Assembly: GCF_001194135.2 (NCBI RefSeq)
Contig: NC_068982.1
Span: forward strand, 18,352,542-18,416,541
From: Octopus bimaculoides
Taxonomy: Eukaryota
Reading direction: 5' to 3'
DNA length: 64,000 nucleotides
The position numbers and the translations under genes were made by a program. Below the pieces are notes generated by a model that was not told the DNA's origin, ran no database searches, and worked only from the letters and a program-made list of their open reading frames with translations. Positions 35,975 to 49,385 of this stretch are shown in pieces; the first letter of the stretch is position 1, and each line of letters opens with the position of its first letter.

Positions 35975-36235
35975 TTTTGTATATAGTATATGTATGGTGG
36001 TTGTCCACTCCTTATGCAGAGTCTGACCAGCTCTTCTACTTTAGACCGTAGTTCCACCATGGCGTCTGATGTGGCTTTTTAAACCAGACAATGTATTGGA
36101 AAGACAGCCACATACCTTGCATATGTTTTGGACCACCAGAAACTGCAGATAACGTCTGATCTTTCTGGATCTTAAGATGATTTTTTAAGGCCTCTGTTAG
36201 ATTTGCAGACCTTACGGCATACGCGGCATTGAAAA
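35975..36235 (-). mobile_element. LINE 3' end (probably RTE) with two C2H2 zinc fingers
   Basis: CRVCRKVCKSNRGLK (frameshifted) and an intact CKVCGCLSNTLSGLKSHIRRH (36059-36121), then a stop, a short UTR and a tacata-type tail. Confidence 0.7.
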
Positions 36236-36245
36236 TCGTTCACAG

Positions 36246-36282
<37 letters not shown>

Positions 36283-37487
36283 CGCGCGCGTGCGTGTGCG
36301 TGGTGTATATGTGTGTGTTTGTGTGTGCATGGTGTATGTGTGTGTGTGTATATACTATTTGTGTTGACTAGGCTAAAATCACAACGTGATTTTATCATAT
36401 TTTATCCCGTTTTGATTCAAGATAGAGAGGAACACCTACATCCCATGCAATAGGTCTACCAAGTTAATTGATAACAATTTTAATGTTAGTAGTATTACTT
36501 TCTATGGGGGATTTTCGTATATACTCAAAAGTATATACCGAGAAATACTGACATCTGAAACAGATGCCTAAAAACTTCAATTTGTAGCAAAGTACAAATA
36601 AATATATTTGCTTTAATTGAATCAATTTCTCAAAGAGAAAATCTATGCAGAATACAAATGACTGATATGTCCGTTCATGCTTAAAGCATGTACTTATATA
36701 GAAATGGTTAAAGATAATTAGCCATTTCTACGCATACAACATGGCAGAGGTAAATGTCTCTTCTGAAAAGGGCATTTAAACTCTCTTATACAAACAGATC
36801 ACAAAGTAAAGAAATCCACGGAATAAAAGAACCACTTATCGTTGACGGCTATTCTGATAAAGTAACAAGCCACGTCATTCAAATATATTAGTACATATAC
36901 AAAGCAACGTATACATTTGATGCTATCGCTAATCTCATTAAGTAAAATTGATTCGACTGATCTGCAACAGAAGAAAAAGAAAATTAATTATATACTCGAG
37001 TGAACTCAAATCATGTAATTCCACGAAGAAGCTATTAATTACAAATATAATTTATAAATGTGATTCTTAAGCTTCGTGACTCCCACAAATATTGGTCACA
37101 CAATAACCTATAGCCAGCATATCATGCACAATGTAAAATGAACAATTGCAATGCAAAATCTATCTAATAACGCATACTGGTATTAGTGTAATGAGAAACG
37201 CATGTGTATAGATTTCTATAGGTTGATTGATACCTAATTATAGCAGCAATAGTGATAAATCTGACAATGGATAATTGATAGATGATAAATCATACATACA
37301 TTCTAAACAGATTTATGTAGCAACTCATTAAAAATATAATCTAAAGATCAAATTTCAAAATTTAATGTGCGCATCAATCATATTAGATATATGTAATATT
37401 ATAAGAGAACAACAGCCGCCAATATAATCTCATGGTGAAGATTATACCATGCTGTTATTTTAAAAGAAATTATATGCTTCAATACTC

Positions 37488-37692
37488 CTTTCTACAATAG
37501 ACACAAGGCCTAAAATTTGGGGGCACGGTTTAAGTTGACTACAGCGACCGAAACATTTGACTGGTATTTATATTAACGACTCCGATGAAGGAAAGGTCGA
37601 CCGCGGCATAATATTAACACAGAGTGTTATGACAGAGAAAATGCCCTTAAATATTATGTCCGGCAGAGTAACCAATCCAACAGTTTGTCGCT
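37488..37692 (-). mobile_element. Diverged SINE family B
   Basis: cacaaggcctaaaatttgggg..gactggtatttatatt..gaaaggtcgaccgcggc.. Confidence 0.65.
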
Positions 37693-38126
37693 TTCTTATA
37701 TGTTTTAGTATTAACCTAACTACAGTGATTTCATACAGGAATGTTTTTTAAACATAGTATTATCAATAGTACATGAGTGTGTTAGAGGGTAAGGTCTCTT
37801 ATTGTAAACTAATTAATAAATGTCTAAGATCAAACAATTGAAGCGACGACTCTTCGCTGAGGGACCCCTTCCATCTGAAGATGCCGTTTCAAATTTCGTG
37901 GTAATTTTCTTCCTCGCAACAATGACCAGGAGTATATTTTGAATGCCATCATTAAGTAGATTGTGCCAGCCGCCGGCGGGCCTGATGCATTGCCTATATT
38001 GCTTAGATCAATAGCAGACGTGAAACCACTGGAAACTTTCTGGTCGGCTATAACTAAGAACTTTATTTGATTGTTATTACTGATCAAACATTTTTAGGCT
38101 TTCGAACTTGTGAAAAGATGACAGAT

Positions 38127-38232
38127 TATATGCATACATACATACATACATACATACATACATACATACATGCAAATATACATACACACACACATATATA
38201 TATATATGTATGCATGTATGTATGTATATATA
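38127..38232. repeat. (TACA)n/(TA)n microsatellite
   Basis: Directly visible. Confidence 0.9.
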
Positions 38233-38329
38233 TTGGAAAAATGGAAAAAGAATGACTTCACTAGTAGTTCTAATCAGTTTTATTTATTTTTTTTAATCAT
38301 ATAGTAATATAAATTTTACACGTTAGTTC

Positions 38330-38628
38330 CTAGATCTAGGAAGGTCTTTGTTAACTTGGGCGGAGAGTTTTAAAAAAATTCCTTAAGTTTTCTGGAGAAC
38401 TTTCTCGCATTCGTTGTCAAACAAATTTGATGGTTTGGGGCTTTGGTGATTCTATATATGGGATTTGGGTGTGTTGGGGGGATAGGTTGAGGTTTGTTAA
38501 TCAGAATGGGTGTGAAAGAGTGTTGATGAATAAGAACTTAAGGAAAATCTTATTTGTGAGTCTTTTATGAGTGCATTCATTTTGAGTGATTGGTGGGGAA
38601 CTGGGAGATATTGTTTAGCCTTTTTTAC
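38330..38628 (-). mobile_element. Penelope-like fragment in inverted orientation
   Basis: rc begins gtaaaaaaggctaaacaat and contains aatgcactcataaaagactc, both shared with the end of the + fragment. Confidence 0.6.
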
Positions 38629-38970
38629 AAACCAACAGACACACACCAATACTTAAATTTCCGATCTGCACACCCCTCACGTACCAAAAGGAACATTCCC
38701 TTGAACATGACAAGACGCATCTGCATCGTTGTAACACAGCCCACACTACGGGAAAAAATGACATGAACTAAAATGGTTCTTTAAAAGAGAAGAATATCCG
38801 ATGAATATTATCAATACAGCCATCTCCAAGGCCCAAAACATACCAGTGCAAACACTAGGGAAAAAATTAATAAAAAGGACAAAACAGTCATACCTTTTGT
38901 CGTTACTCACAACCCTAGGAAGTTCAACATTGTGAAAACTGCCAAACAATGCACTCATAAAAGACTCTCA
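38629..38970 (+). mobile_element. Penelope-like RT C-terminal (thumb) fragment
   Basis: KPTDTHQYLNFRSAHPSRTKRNIPLNMTRRIC..EYP..I..A..IPFVVTHNP. Confidence 0.85.
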
Positions 38971-39379
38971 TGTAATATATAGCCGACGCTATATATAAGA
39001 AATTTAAGATATAAAGATATTTTCACTACCACTAACATAAATCTTTCGACTTCAGTTTTCATTTACAAATCATATGAACATATCTTTTTAATATTTTGTA
39101 ATCAGGTTTATATCCATTTATTAATCGAACATTATTCTGATCATATATTCAACTTCTCCATTAATTTCTCCCTAATAATTTAAACTTGATTATAAGTTTT
39201 CATTGTTCTATATAAATTCATCTGCCTGTTTCATTTTGTTTTAATGATATGATATTTCTCATCTTAATTGCACTTCTATGATTTGCGAATTAATTAAAAA
39301 TATTGTTTTAAAACCCTGAATTTGTTTACTTTTATAATCCAATTTCATATTTTTTAAAGTGGAACGTTAGATTACTCAA

Positions 39380-39446
39380 AGAAACACACACACACAGACA
39401 CACACAGACACACACAGATACACACACACACACACACAGACAGACA

Positions 39447-39482
<36 letters not shown>

Positions 39483-39485
39483 AGT
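39380..39485. repeat. (CA)n microsatellite
   Basis: Directly visible. Confidence 0.95.
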
Positions 39486-40189
39486 GTATATATGCGTATG
39501 AACTTGAATTAATCTTATTTCTTCTCATTAACTTTATTTTTAATTACATTCTGATAATCCTATTTCAAGCATTCAGTATGTTACTAAACTTTAGTTTTAA
39601 TATTCTTTTCATATTATTCTTTCTTCATATATAATTTTCTTGTGGATTTTCCTTAATTAACATGCTCCATCATATTTTATTTATTTCTCTTTTCTTATAA
39701 CTAAATTCCATTTTTTGTAGTATTATTTTGCCTCTTTCTTATTAGAAACATAATAATTCAGAAGAAGTTTTGTATTAAATCTAAAGCAATTTAATGAATG
39801 TTTAGTTTTAATTACAGAAGTTTTTCGCTGTAAATATTAAGTTCGTTTATACTTTTAAGCCAAACATTTCCTTAAATATTAGCATAACGTATTTTGGCAT
39901 AAATTCTTGAATATTAAATGACAAATCCATATTCTTTATTACATAGCTTACATATTCTTACTTTTCTGACACATTTTAAACTTATTTCGATACCTTTTCA
40001 GAAGAATACTCGGGAGTTCTATTATATATAATAATGCAATACGCCTGGAAAACAGACTAATGGCATACATTTCATGACTCCTCCCTTTGCAAGTCGCTTC
40101 AACATTTCCCGATGCAACAGACAGAGAATGAACATACTCTTTCACAGGATTCACCTCAGATACTCACCTATAATTATATATGTATATGT

Positions 40190-41455
40190 AGGATGTCCCA
40201 AATTTAAGGTAACCAAAGTTTCGGGCTTTAATAACTATAAGTAAATATGATAAGATATGAAAATTATACATCATTATAAAAGCTTAGTGTGTTTTGTTTT
40301 CGTTTTAAATCAAACAGATTCATATTTATAAATTAGATAACGGCTATAAACCGAAATTCTATCATAATCGTCCACAAAGAGACGAAAGGAATACAGCTAC
40401 AGCAAATACGTTTAAAATTAAACGAAGAACAGTCTGGAAAATTATCAAGAAATTTCAAGTGTCTGGGTCCACCACTGATCGACCTGGAGGTGGACAGAAA
40501 AGAAATGTACTGACCCCTCAACTTATCAAAAGTACCAGAGAAAGGATAAGGCAACTCCTCGTTGTTCCGTCAGAGAACTAGTTGATCTAAGTAAAAATAA
40601 GCCGAACATCGATGTTTCAAGTGCTGAAGGGCATCTCAGGATCCACCCTTACAAGGTCATCCGCTGTCACGAGCTCACGCTTGTTCATAAGGTCATGAGA
40701 CTGGCGAGAAGGTCTCTTATTCTGCGTCAGATTGCTGAAGGCACGCTTCCCAACCCGATGTTCACTCATGAATAGAAACTTTACATCGAACAGACAGTAA
40801 ACCACCAGAATGACCGATTAGGAGTGTATCTGACTCTGTAGAGCGTAGATTCGTAAATTGACGTCAAAATCCACAGTCAATTATGGATTAGGCGGCTGTG
40901 ATATCCACTGAAAGATCTCCCTCGTTTTTGTGCCCTTAGGTGTTAAAATGAACATCCAGCGATACATTAGCGATACTCTGGAAGTTGAACTGCTTCCGTG
41001 GCCGAACGAGCACTTTCAAGCCGCACCCTGGAGCCTCCAATAAGATTTGGTACCATCCCGCAGCTCCAAACAGACTCAAAACTAGATTTAGAAAAAGATC
41101 CCATCGTTCACAGGCAAGGATGTATGGTCCCCAAGTATCCTCGATCTTAAACCGCTGAATTTTTTCTGTTTGATCTATTTTGGAGACGAGGGTATCAAGC
41201 AATTCTCATGCTTCGCTCGACGCTCTGAAGGCAAAATTGCGCGAAGAATGGGCTTCGATTCCGCAAGAACAACGGCGTTCCGTGTGTGAAGTATTCACAC
41301 CTAGACTTAAGAGTGTAATTCGAAACAGAGGTGGTCATATCGAATAAATGTGATAGTATCATAGTCTTGTTTCCTTTCACATTGCATTGTAACACACAGA
41401 CCCGACCAAAATATAATATTTTACACCAGCACCTAATTTGAATAGAAATACTGGA
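40190..41455 (+). mobile_element. Near full-length decayed Tc1/mariner DD37D (maT) transposon
   Basis: RRTVWKIIKKFQ..DRPG.G..HPYK..NHQNDR..SPLVFVP.GVKMN..Q*D-x37-N(D)..WSILE..LDALKAKLREEWASIPQE..GGHIE* (stop 41345-41347). Multiple stops; TIRs poorly preserved. Confidence 0.9.
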
Positions 41456-41724
41456 CAAATAGTTTGAGCATCATATGTAGTTTTAAACGATGCAGAAAAT
41501 TAAACCTGGAGAAGTGTGTTCGTAATTATTTTGCGAATAACTTTTAAAATAGCTGAGTTGTTATTAATTTTGAAATATTATCAACGGCGCTGGTAAAACA
41601 TGTCATTAATATCTCTAGTGCAGATGGAGCAAATATATTGAGGATAGTTCAATGATACTTCTACTTGTCATATTAAAAAATTGAACAAGTGTAAGGGAAT
41701 ATTAGTTACAAATATGGGCTAAAA

Positions 41725-41933
41725 GTTTTGGCACAAGGCCAACAATTTGAATGCAGTAGGTAAACAGATTACATTTGCACAAGTCCTCAAGTGATACTAA
41801 TCATATTTATCCTGGAAGCATGAAAGGCCCAAAGTCGATCCCGGTGGCATATGAACTTAAAAAGTTGAGTTGGAAAAGATGCTTCTAGTATTTTTGTCGG
41901 GCAGGGTAACGATTCTTCCCGCTCGTCGCCTTA
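41725..41933 (-). mobile_element. Diverged SINE family B
   Basis: rc aggcgacgagcgggaagaatcgttaccctgcccgac..aagttcatatgccaccgggatcgacttt. Confidence 0.65.
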
Positions 41934-41970
41934 TATTAGTTGATAACATTAATATAAATATGCCACAAAC

Positions 41971-42175
41971 GCGGCGAGCTGACAAAATGCTTAACGACAT
42001 TTCATCTGTTTTTACGTTCTGAGTTCAAATGCCTCCGAGGTCGATTTTAGCTTTCATCATTTCGGGATTGATAAAATAAGTATTAACTGAGCACTGAGGT
42101 CGACGTAATCAACTTATAAACTCCATCAAAATTGCTGGCCTTGTACAACATTTTGAAATCAATATTTTTATACCA
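41971..42175 (+). mobile_element. SINE family B
   Basis: gcggcgagctgacaaaatgcttaacgacatttc..GAGTTCAAATgcc..gtcgacgtaatcaac..attgctggccttgt. Confidence 0.8.
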
Positions 42176-42611
42176 CTAGTCACGCTCACGTGACCGTTTC
42201 TACATTTCTATAACAATCGGATAGCGTGCCATGTTTTAAATTACCTGGATTGTACGTGAACTACAGGCTAATGAACAACGAAAATGGCCAACCCCTGATG
42301 ATTTAAGATATTCTCGGCCTAACCGTCTCTTTTGCCGGTCACAAAATTTGCAATAGCAAAGAAGAATAGAAATGTTCTGCTTGGGACGAGAATCAAACTG
42401 TTGAACTGTTGCCACAATCAGGTTTCCGCGTGAGCGAATTTCCAGCAGTCAGTAGGTAAAACATTTTCACAGATTTGATTAACATCCTTTTAGTCGTCCC
42501 ACAGAAATTCCTAATCCCTTTCTCTTCAAATGCACGGTGCTCGGAGTAATGGTAGTTATACATCTGTTTAACTACCTGCACAAATGTTCACATAATACGC
42601 AATTTATTTTC

Positions 42612-42988
42612 TTCTTTTCTTCTTTTATTTGTATCAGTCATTTGACTGCAGCCATGCTGGAGCACCGCCTTTAGTCGAACAAATCGACCCTATGGCTTAT
42701 TCTTTGTAATCATAGTACTGATACTATCGGGCTCTTATGCCGAAACGCTAGTTTACAGGGACGTAAACACACTAGCATCGGTTGTCAAGCGGTATTGGGG
42801 GAGGGGACAGACAAAGACACACAAACACACACACACACATGTATTAATATACGACGGGCTTCTTTCAGTTTCCGTCTACCAAATCCACTATAGTAGAAGG
42901 CTCTTGGCCAAGGTGCCACGCAGTGGGACTGAACCCGGAATCGTGTGGTTGGTAAGCAAGCTATTTACCACACAGCCACTCCTGCGCC
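42612..42988 (-). mobile_element. SINE family A, near full-length with a ~26-bp deletion in the head/core
   Basis: Complete tail and head (cacagccactcctgcgcc). Relative to the 32125 copy it lacks caaaaggctttggtcggcccgaggct at ~42889. Confidence 0.92.
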
Positions 42989-43876
42989 TCATTAATATTT
43001 ATTAATATATTTCTCATATGATATATGTGATATACTAATAGTGTTCTTTAAACCTCTGAGTTACTTGCATTTACATTGCAACTTCAGATTACTGCTTCTC
43101 GTTTCTGTTTTAATGATAAGGTTTCTCGATTTAAAAGGACGGCTTATTACTGAGTTTCTGATTCTCAAACAACATATCCAACATTGTTACAACGCTTAAT
43201 TTGATACACAGATGACATTTTAATGTCGATTCAATAGTGTCCATCGATACTTTTACAGAATGCCAGTCTTTCCGCAATATTAGTGAACTTCCTGCTGTAT
43301 GAAACTAGAGCACGAACTCTCCAACGATCGTTCTCAGGAGTCATTGCTGCGGCCATGTTCATCTGGCTCCGATATATGTTTTGCTCTTAATTCTAATCTC
43401 TCAGGCAAATATTAACAACATCTTGTTTTTCAAATTTGTACATAGATTTAGTTTAATAAGTAGATGACAATCAAAACTTAATTCAGTTTCAAATTCTTGC
43501 AGGGAGTGTTTACAATCCAGCAAACATTCCGAAGTACCAGTGCTATTAACTTGTTATATTCCAAGCTAAAATATCGTCTCATCAATTGACAAATTAGTGC
43601 ACGGCATTAACAAGCTCGATTAAGGAGTAGTTCCTCCATCCTTATCGTGTGTCATTATTGCGCATTGCTCTTATCGCTCTGATATATATTGATATATAAT
43701 GTTTTTAACACAAGTCTATGAAGAATATTTTCTCTCACAGAGAAACAGAGTCCATCCATCCATGCATATGTGTGTGGCGTGTATGCATATATGTATGTGT
43801 CTCTGTGTATTCACAAGTTGAGATGTAAGTGTACTTCACCTTATTTCTCGTTGTTTGAATCTCACATGCTATGAAG

Positions 43877-45118
43877 TATGCGTCATCCCATAAATAATGC
43901 GCTTTTTATACTTCTAATTTTTTTCAAAATTAAGATAAAAGTTTTTTTTTTAGATCTAAAACCTACTCTCTTTCATCTTCTATAATGCTCTTCCATTTAT
44001 CTGGTGGACTTGCAAGGCCCCTCTTCCAAAATACACTTGTCCGTGACGCAAAATACTCCTCCAGTACTATTCTGATCTCTTCTACAGAATTCATATTTAT
44101 TCCGTCCAAATGATTTTGAAGACTGCGGAATAAATGATAATCAGATGTTCGCGAATATGGTAGAGGGGCATCTTTTCACATTCAGACTGCCTTTGGAATG
44201 TGATCCTCGATGTATGTGGCCGAGCATTATCCTGCTGGAAGAACACCTTTCGTCTTGAAACCAACGATGGTCGTTTTTCTTCTATCGCTGACTAAAGCCG
44301 CTCAAGCTGCTCACAGTGAATCTCCTTTGTTATCGTTTGGCTTGGGTTTAAAAGTTCAAAATGGACTAAACCTTTCATACCCCACCAAACATAACACCTT
44401 ACGTCGGTGATGACCTTCTTGAGCCTTGGGTACCGGTGTTTCCCTTCGGCGCTTGACATTTTTATAGAGAACACGTTTCTTGCCACCAGTCACTATTCGG
44501 TCCCCTCTCCCAAGGTTCATTCGTGAGACGTGACAGTTAAGAAGAGCATGCATTCACTCTCTGCGTACGATGAGACTCGAAAAGTTTGTGAGAGACCAAT
44601 TAACCCAATTTGCTGACGTTTCCGATGATACGCAAGTGTCTATGAATGGCTGAATGAGCAAATCCAGGTTTTTCTACTAGTTCGTCAATAATTATAATGG
44701 GATTTTCTTGCACCAAGTTTTGCAGGACGTCCTCGTTGAACTCTACAGGTCTTCCAGAACGAAGGCTTGTCTTCTAGACAGTAATATCCCACTTGGTATT
44801 TCTGGAAGCACCGTTGAGGCTGGCTTACGCTTCTTGTCCGATCTCCATATACTGGATCAATATTCCTCGCACTTTCCGTTGCGTTGTTGCCTTTAGTGAA
44901 CTCATAAAGCAAAATATGCCGAATATGCTCCTTTGTCATTTCTATTATAGCTTTGAAAAAAATCTTTTGAAATCGGACTGCACTCTTCAAATCTTGCACT
45001 AAGAATAAGGATAAGGTAAATTTATTACCTGCTTTTACAACAAGTTGATGCAGGTGGTACATCCGACTTTTAGCTCATGAAATTGAAAAAAACCGCATTA
45101 CTTATCGGATGACCTAAT
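43877..45118 (-). mobile_element. Near full-length decayed mariner (DD34D) transposon
   Basis: TIRs attaggtcatccgataagtaatgcggttttt (rc 45087-45118) and tatgcgtcatcccataaataatgcgcttttt (~43878-43907). Transposase from ATG 44939: MTKEHIRHILLYEF..RIVTGGKK.V.Y.N..WWGMKG..HDNARPH..SDYHLFRSLQNHL. Confidence 0.93.
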
Positions 45119-46207
45119 NNNNNNNNNNNNNNNNNNNNNNNNNNNNNNNNNNNNNNNNNNNNNNNNNNNNNNNNNNNNNNNNNNNNNNNNNNNNNNNNNN
45201 NNNNNNNNNNNNNNNNNNNNNNNNNNNNNNNNNNNNNNNNNNNNNNNNNNNNNNNNNNNNNNNNNNNNNNNNNNNNNNNNNNNNNNNNNNNNNNNNNNNN
45301 NNNNNNNNNNNNNNNNNNNNNNNNNNNNNNNNNNNNNNNNNNNNNNNNNNNNNNNNNNNNNNNNNNNNNTATATATATATACACACATACACCCACACAC
45401 AATCAGACACACACACACGCATATATATATGGCGGGGGGGGTTGTATGTACGTTTCTGCGTGTGCACATGTGTGTGACTTCCTAAATGTATATACGTGAG
45501 CTTTTGCGCTTACGTATATTGCACTCTTAGTTTGAAAATTCACAAGTCTATAGTTATTTGGAAACGATTTTCCGGGGGGAATTTCTAAGCAATTCAAAAT
45601 ATAAATATACAAGTTTATTTAGCAAAAAAATAAAAATTAACATCTAAATAAATATTAATAACAGATATAAAAAAAAAATAAAGAAATATAATGTTATTCT
45701 AGAATATCGATCAATCCGAAACTAAAATACCAATAGATATGATTTTGAATTTAATCCTTGTTCAACGAAACGTGAAATTGTTTATTGACACAAGAAATTG
45801 GCAAGAGAAGCTATAACAGTATTAATAATTCACCAGGGCTCTTAAAGCTCGTGAACAGATGAGTACTAATGGAAATGTATTAAATTCAGGAAAGTTGAAT
45901 ATATAGTTCGCATACATGGTGAATTTTCAATATTATGTTGATCTTTTGCTGTTTATTTATCTCAGCGAAGAACAGCTTATGAATATCCTTTCCTTATCTT
46001 TAGATATTTGTATCGATTTATGAGTAGTTTTTAGATCATTTAAATATAGTTTCTACGTACAAAGAGCAGCAGGGACGAAAAGACAGATAATTAAATAGAT
46101 AGTCGGACGAACAGACAGATAGGCAAACATATAGACACTAATGTTTACATAAAGAATATTTTAATACTATGTTTTCCCGTATTGAACTATGCAGGAAATA
46201 TTCAAAT

Positions 46208-46340
46208 CCAGGTATGGTTGAGTGATAAAAGGTTTCGCTCTGAACCAAATGGCCAAGTGTCTTCAAATATAGCCCCGAGTCAACCAAATCCTACTGCGTA
46301 GTTTTGGTAAACGGAAACTGGAAGAAGCACGTCGCATATC
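46208..46340 (+). mobile_element. Degraded SINE family A head
   Basis: ccaagtgtcttcaaatatagccccgag..ggtaaacggaaactggaagaagcacgtcg followed by (CA)n and a gap. Confidence 0.6.
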
Positions 46341-46342
46341 CA

Positions 46343-46374
<32 letters not shown>

Positions 46375-48439
46375 NNNNNNNNNNNNNNNNNNNNNNNNNN
46401 NNNNNNNNNNNNNNNNNNNNNNNNNNNNNNNNNNNNNNNNNNNNNNNNNNNNNNNNNNNNNNNNNNNNNNNNNNNNNNNNNNNNNNNNNNNNNNNNNNNN
46501 NNNNNNNNNNNNNNNNNNNNNNNNNNNNNNNNNNNNNNNNNNNNNNNNNNNNNNNNNNNNNNNNNNNNNNNNNNNNNNNNNNNNNNNNNNNNNNNNNNNN
46601 NNNNNNNNNNNNNNNNNNNNNNNNNNNNNNNNNNNNNNNNNNNNNNNNNNNNNNNNNNNNNNNNNNNNNNNNNNNNNNNNNNNNNNNNNNNNNNNNNNNN
46701 NNNNNNNNNNNNNNNNNNNNNNNNNNNNNNNNNNNNNNNNNNNNNNNNNNNNNNNNNNNNNNNNNNNNNNNNNNNNNNNNNNNNNNNNNNNNNNNNNNNN
46801 NNNNNNNNNNNNNNNNNNNNNNNNNNNNNNNNNNNNNNNNNNNNNNNNNNNNNNNNNNNNNNNNNNNNNNNNNNNNNNNNNNNNNNNNNNNNNNNNNNNN
46901 NNNNNNNNNNNNNNNNNNNNNNNNNNNNNNNNNNNNNNNNNNNNNNNNNNNNNNNNNNNNNNNNNNNNNNNNNNNNNNNNNNNNNNNNNNNNNNNNNNNN
47001 NNNNNNNNNNNNNNNNNATATAAAATATATATATATATATATATATATAAACTCAATTTCTTATGCAGCTTTATGTCTGGTTTATAGGAATTTGTTTGCC
47101 AATCACTAAATTTAAATTGTTGATTATTTCATTAACTTAATGGAATTCATTTTCTAATTTAAATAATATATTAAGATCCAAAACCTAATATATACACTCC
47201 AGCTCTTCGTCTTCCCCCACCAAACCACCAAATCCCCCACCACCATCACAACCACCACCATCACTACGAACAACTACAAGGACGCCGTCAACACCATCTC
47301 ATGAACCGTTTTCAAAGGGAAACTTCTAGAAACAATGATATAACGTCAAATTGAAATATCAGCCGATTCCGTGTTAAATAACGTTAGCCTGAAATCAAAA
47401 TATATCTTCATATATTTTGTAATGTTTTGTTTTTCGGTTGTTCACCATCTACTTGACGTTTGGTATATATAACTGTTTATATCATACAAGGAAGAGAAAC
47501 GTGATAGCAAGTTCGTGATAGTTTGAAAGATGAGTGAAAGAATGGTACACTACAACACGTGTAATATCAATATCAATTTACGAGATGTTGTTTTCAACAT
47601 TTTCGATGTTTTATTTTATTTCGTTTATAGTCATGAGATCCGAATATTAGACAATTCTATACAAGATATAATCATGAAATAGAAGAATGATATACCTGGC
47701 CAACGATGTAATGTTGCTGTTTCTCCTTTTCGAAGATTTTTAACTATTTTCAGTAATCATTCAAAAGTACCTGATATGGAAATATTATTATAAGCTATTT
47801 AACCTATTAGTTGTGATGCTTGCGTAATGTATGTAATGTATTATTCATATATANNNNNNNNNNNNNNNNNNNNNNNNNNNNNNNNNNNNNNNNNNNNNNN
47901 NNNNNNNNNNNNNNNNNNNNNNNNNNNNNNNNNNNNNNNNNNNNNNNNNNNNNNNNNNNNNNNNNNNNNNNNNNNNNNNNNNNNNNNNNNNNNNNNNNNN
48001 NNNNNNNNNNNNNNNNNNNNNNNNNNNNNNNNNNNNNNNNNNNNNNNNNNNNNNNNNNNNNNNNNNNNNNNNNNNNNNNNNNNNNNNNNNNNNNNNNNNN
48101 NNNNNNNNNNNNNNNNNNNNNNNNNNNNNNNNNNNNNNNNNNNNNNNNNNNNNNNNNNNNNNNNNNNNNNNNNNNNNNNNNNNNNNNNNNNNNNNNNNNN
48201 NNNNNNNNNNNNNNNNNNNNNNNNNNNNNNNNNNNNNNNNNNNNNNNNNNNNNNNNNNNNNNNNNNNNNNNNNNNNNNNNNNNNNNNNNNNNNNNNNNNN
48301 NNNNNNNNNNNNNNNNNNNNNNNNNNNNNNNNNNNNNNNNNNNNNNNNNNNNNNNNNNNNNNNNNNNNNNNNNNNNNNNNNNNNNNNNNNNNNNNNNNNN
48401 NNNNNNNNNNNNNNNNNNNNNNNNNNNNNNNNNNNNNNG

Positions 48440-48634
48440 CACATATCGTCAGCCACTAAGGGACATGTTCGACTGGTTAAGGTCAAACAATTGACAAGTA
48501 AATCTGTGGAATTAAGCAGAATATTTGCTGTAGTCTATCTTTTTATACCAAGATAAAATAATGTACATGATAACACTTCCAATCAATTAAGATCAGAAGC
48601 CATGAGGGCCACTGCCTGGTGCTGCATGTGGGCA
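48440..48634 (-). mobile_element. Second copy of the repeat at 23199
   Basis: rc cagtggccctcatggcttctgatcttaattgattggaagtgttatcatgtacatt..gaccttaaccagtcgaacatgtccctt. Confidence 0.8.
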
Positions 48635-48652
48635 TTTATTATTATTATTATT

Positions 48653-48855
48653 GTTGTTCAGTAGTTTTATTTTTATAACGTGCTTTCACTTCACTACCGA
48701 GCGCAGCTCTGTGCGCCTTGGGTATGTGCTGTGGTTTGTTGTGATGCTGTCATGGTTACTGTATTGAAAGTGTTTTGCGTAGGAAGTGTGCAGTGCCCAC
48801 TAGTGCAATTTTCTGGTAATTCCTGGTGTTTTTGTTATGTATTTGTCTGAATATT
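48653..48855 (-). mobile_element. R4/Dong-like RLE LINE 3' end embedded in (TAA)n
   Basis: YQKIALVGTAHFLRKTLSIQ*, with (ATT)n at 48635-48652 and 48856-49167. Confidence 0.85.
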
Positions 48856-48877
48856 TTTATTATTATTTTTATTATTA

Positions 48878-48944
<67 letters not shown>

Positions 48945-48973
48945 CATTATCATTATTATCATTATCATTATTA

Positions 48974-49034
<61 letters not shown>

Positions 49035-49056
49035 CATTATTATTATTTTATTATTA

Positions 49057-49117
<61 letters not shown>

Positions 49118-49167
49118 GTAATTATTATTATTATTATTAATATTATTATTAGTTTATTATTATTATT
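48856..49167. repeat. Long (ATT)n microsatellite (~310 bp)
   Basis: Directly visible. Confidence 0.95.
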
Positions 49168-49385
49168 AAGGCGGTGAGTTGGCAGGATCCTTAGCACACC
49201 AGGTGAAATTTTAAGCGGTATTTCGTCCGTGTTCACGTTCGGAGTTCAAATTCCACCGGGTTTACTTTACCTTTAATTCTTTCGTGGTCGATAAAACACG
49301 TATCAGTTGAATACTGGGGCCGATGAAATCGACTGTTCTCCTCCAAAATTTCAGGGCTTGGACCTATAGCAATAAGAGCTATCAC
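49168..49385 (+). mobile_element. SINE family B
   Basis: aaggcggtgagttggcaggatccttagcacaccaggtg..GGAGTTCAAATTCC..ccaaaatttcagggcttg. Confidence 0.8.

Noticed and set aside
43300-43400. Tc1-like N-terminus (MAAAMTPENDRWRVRALVS..IAERL) on the minus strand
   Set aside because: Too short, with no catalytic region or TIR found.
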